From Methanomassiliicoccaceae archaeon (GTDB taxonomy: Archaea > Thermoplasmatota > Thermoplasmata > Methanomassiliicoccales > Methanomassiliicoccaceae), in assembly GCA_963728405.1 (NCBI GenBank), contig CAVSJV010000013.1, positions 96,001 to 160,000 on the forward strand: a DNA stretch of 64,000 nt, written 5' to 3'. A model generated the notes under the pieces. The model had not been told where the DNA came from. It ran no database searches and was given only the letters and a program-made list of their open reading frames with translations. The translations under genes were made by a program, and so were the position numbers. Position 1 is the first letter of the stretch. Every line of letters begins with the position of its first letter. Of this stretch, positions 63,114 to 64,000 are shown one piece after another.

Positions 63114-63557
63114 ATGACCCGATCAATAGAAATCTGGAGAGAGACGTTAGTACTGGCGATCATGGGAGGATTGGGATTCTGGATAACCAATTTTGCAATT
63201 TCCCTCACCCCCATTGCTGCGGAGTATAGGGCTGGTCTTTCAATTTCTTATTTTCCAATGCTTTTTGAAGCCTTGGTTGGTGGTTTGATTATCGGATTTG
63301 GCGTCAGCTTTTTCCTGCTTCGATTCTTTGATAAGATTCCAACAAAGAATCCAATTTTAAAATCCTTAATACTGAGCTCCATTGCCCTAATCATTGTCAC
63401 AATCCTACTCGAAGTTCCCGCAAAATTCCTTACAAACACAAATGATGCCTTGCACTACTTCCTCATTGGCACATTGTTTAACATACTGAGGATTCTTGCT
63501 CTTGGAGCAGTTATTGGCTATCTATATGGTAGGTTCTACGGGCAAGTGCCTGGCTAG
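63114..63557 (+). CDS. Hypothetical 4-TM membrane protein
   Basis: 147 aa hydrophobic ORF in the same orientation as the DUF4386 gene. Confidence 0.65.
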   Translation: MTRSIEIWRETLVLAIMGGLGFWITNFAISLTPIAAEYRAGLSISYFPMLFEALVGGLIIGFGVSFFLLRFFDKIPTKNPILKSLILSSIALIIVTILLEVPAKFLTNTNDALHYFLIGTLFNILRILALGAVIGYLYGRFYGQVPG

Positions 63558-63656
63558 CATTGAGGACAAAGGAATCTCGGCCATCCTTTAGTCCCCGACG
63601 ATATTGTTGGGTCGCAGCAGGCAGATATTAAAATATTCCAGTCTACCCGGTGCGCT

Positions 63657-64000
63657 TCAGTCGTCTTCATACCCGATCTGGTCGGCCATGTGCTCTTTAC
63701 CCCAGGCGTACATCAGTTCGACGATCGGCATCAGCGACATGTACAGCTCTGTCAGCGTGTACTCTACTCTGGGCGGCACCTCCGGGTACACCTTCCTGAC
63801 TATGAGCCCGTCGTTTTCCAGCTCGCGTAGCTGTCTGGTGAGCATCCTCTGGGTGATATTCGGAGTGTACAACCGAGAGCTCTTCCTCGATCTGCCCGAA
63901 CCTGAGCGTCCCGTCCCTCAGGGCCCAGAGGATCAGCGGTTTCCACCTGCCAGCTGAGAATGTCTACGGTCGCTTCGACCGGACCATGGTATTTTTTCTG
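63657..64000 (-). CDS. HxlR-family winged-HTH regulator (partial, frameshifted)
   Basis: [38 protein letters not shown]. Confidence 0.88.

Noticed and set aside
1-64000. CRISPR array, rRNA genes or an intact IS element
   Set aside because: No regularly spaced repeats, rRNA-like tracts or transposase ORF with terminal inverted repeats were seen.

Overview
Archaeal chromosome window, most consistent with a Methanomassiliicoccales/Thermoplasmatota methanogen. Support: class I HMG-CoA reductase, archaeal PheT, TrmY, SRP54, a CoaD-YjjX fusion and archaeal TATA promoters. A housekeeping core (about 31-54.8 kb: speD, hmgA, pheT, tRNA-Ser, Lon-like protease, trmY, srp54, purB) is bracketed by two outward-facing tRNAs, tRNA-Ile(GAT) and tRNA-Ala(CGC). 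Each tRNA anchors a decayed stack of tyrosine-integrase islands. Five integrase-tail/att junctions are visible and cross-typed: an Ala-type att lies in the Ile island and an Ile-type att in the Ala island, which suggests a past inversion of the core. Island cargo includes cysteine synthase, an acyltransferase, paralogous PAS-kinase/receiver pairs, an arylsulfatase and an alphaproteobacterial-looking RluB. Other highlights are a candidate stand-alone sRNA, a Mo-oxidoreductase fused to a four-His cytochrome b561-like domain, a GvpD-like ATPase with tandem wHTH regulators, a stand-alone CHAT protease, an ArsA/ArsD-like pair and a structured leader before a putative acetate transporter. Many single-base frameshifts, including one in essential pheT, indicate assembly indel errors. 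All calls come from manual motif reading, not database searches.
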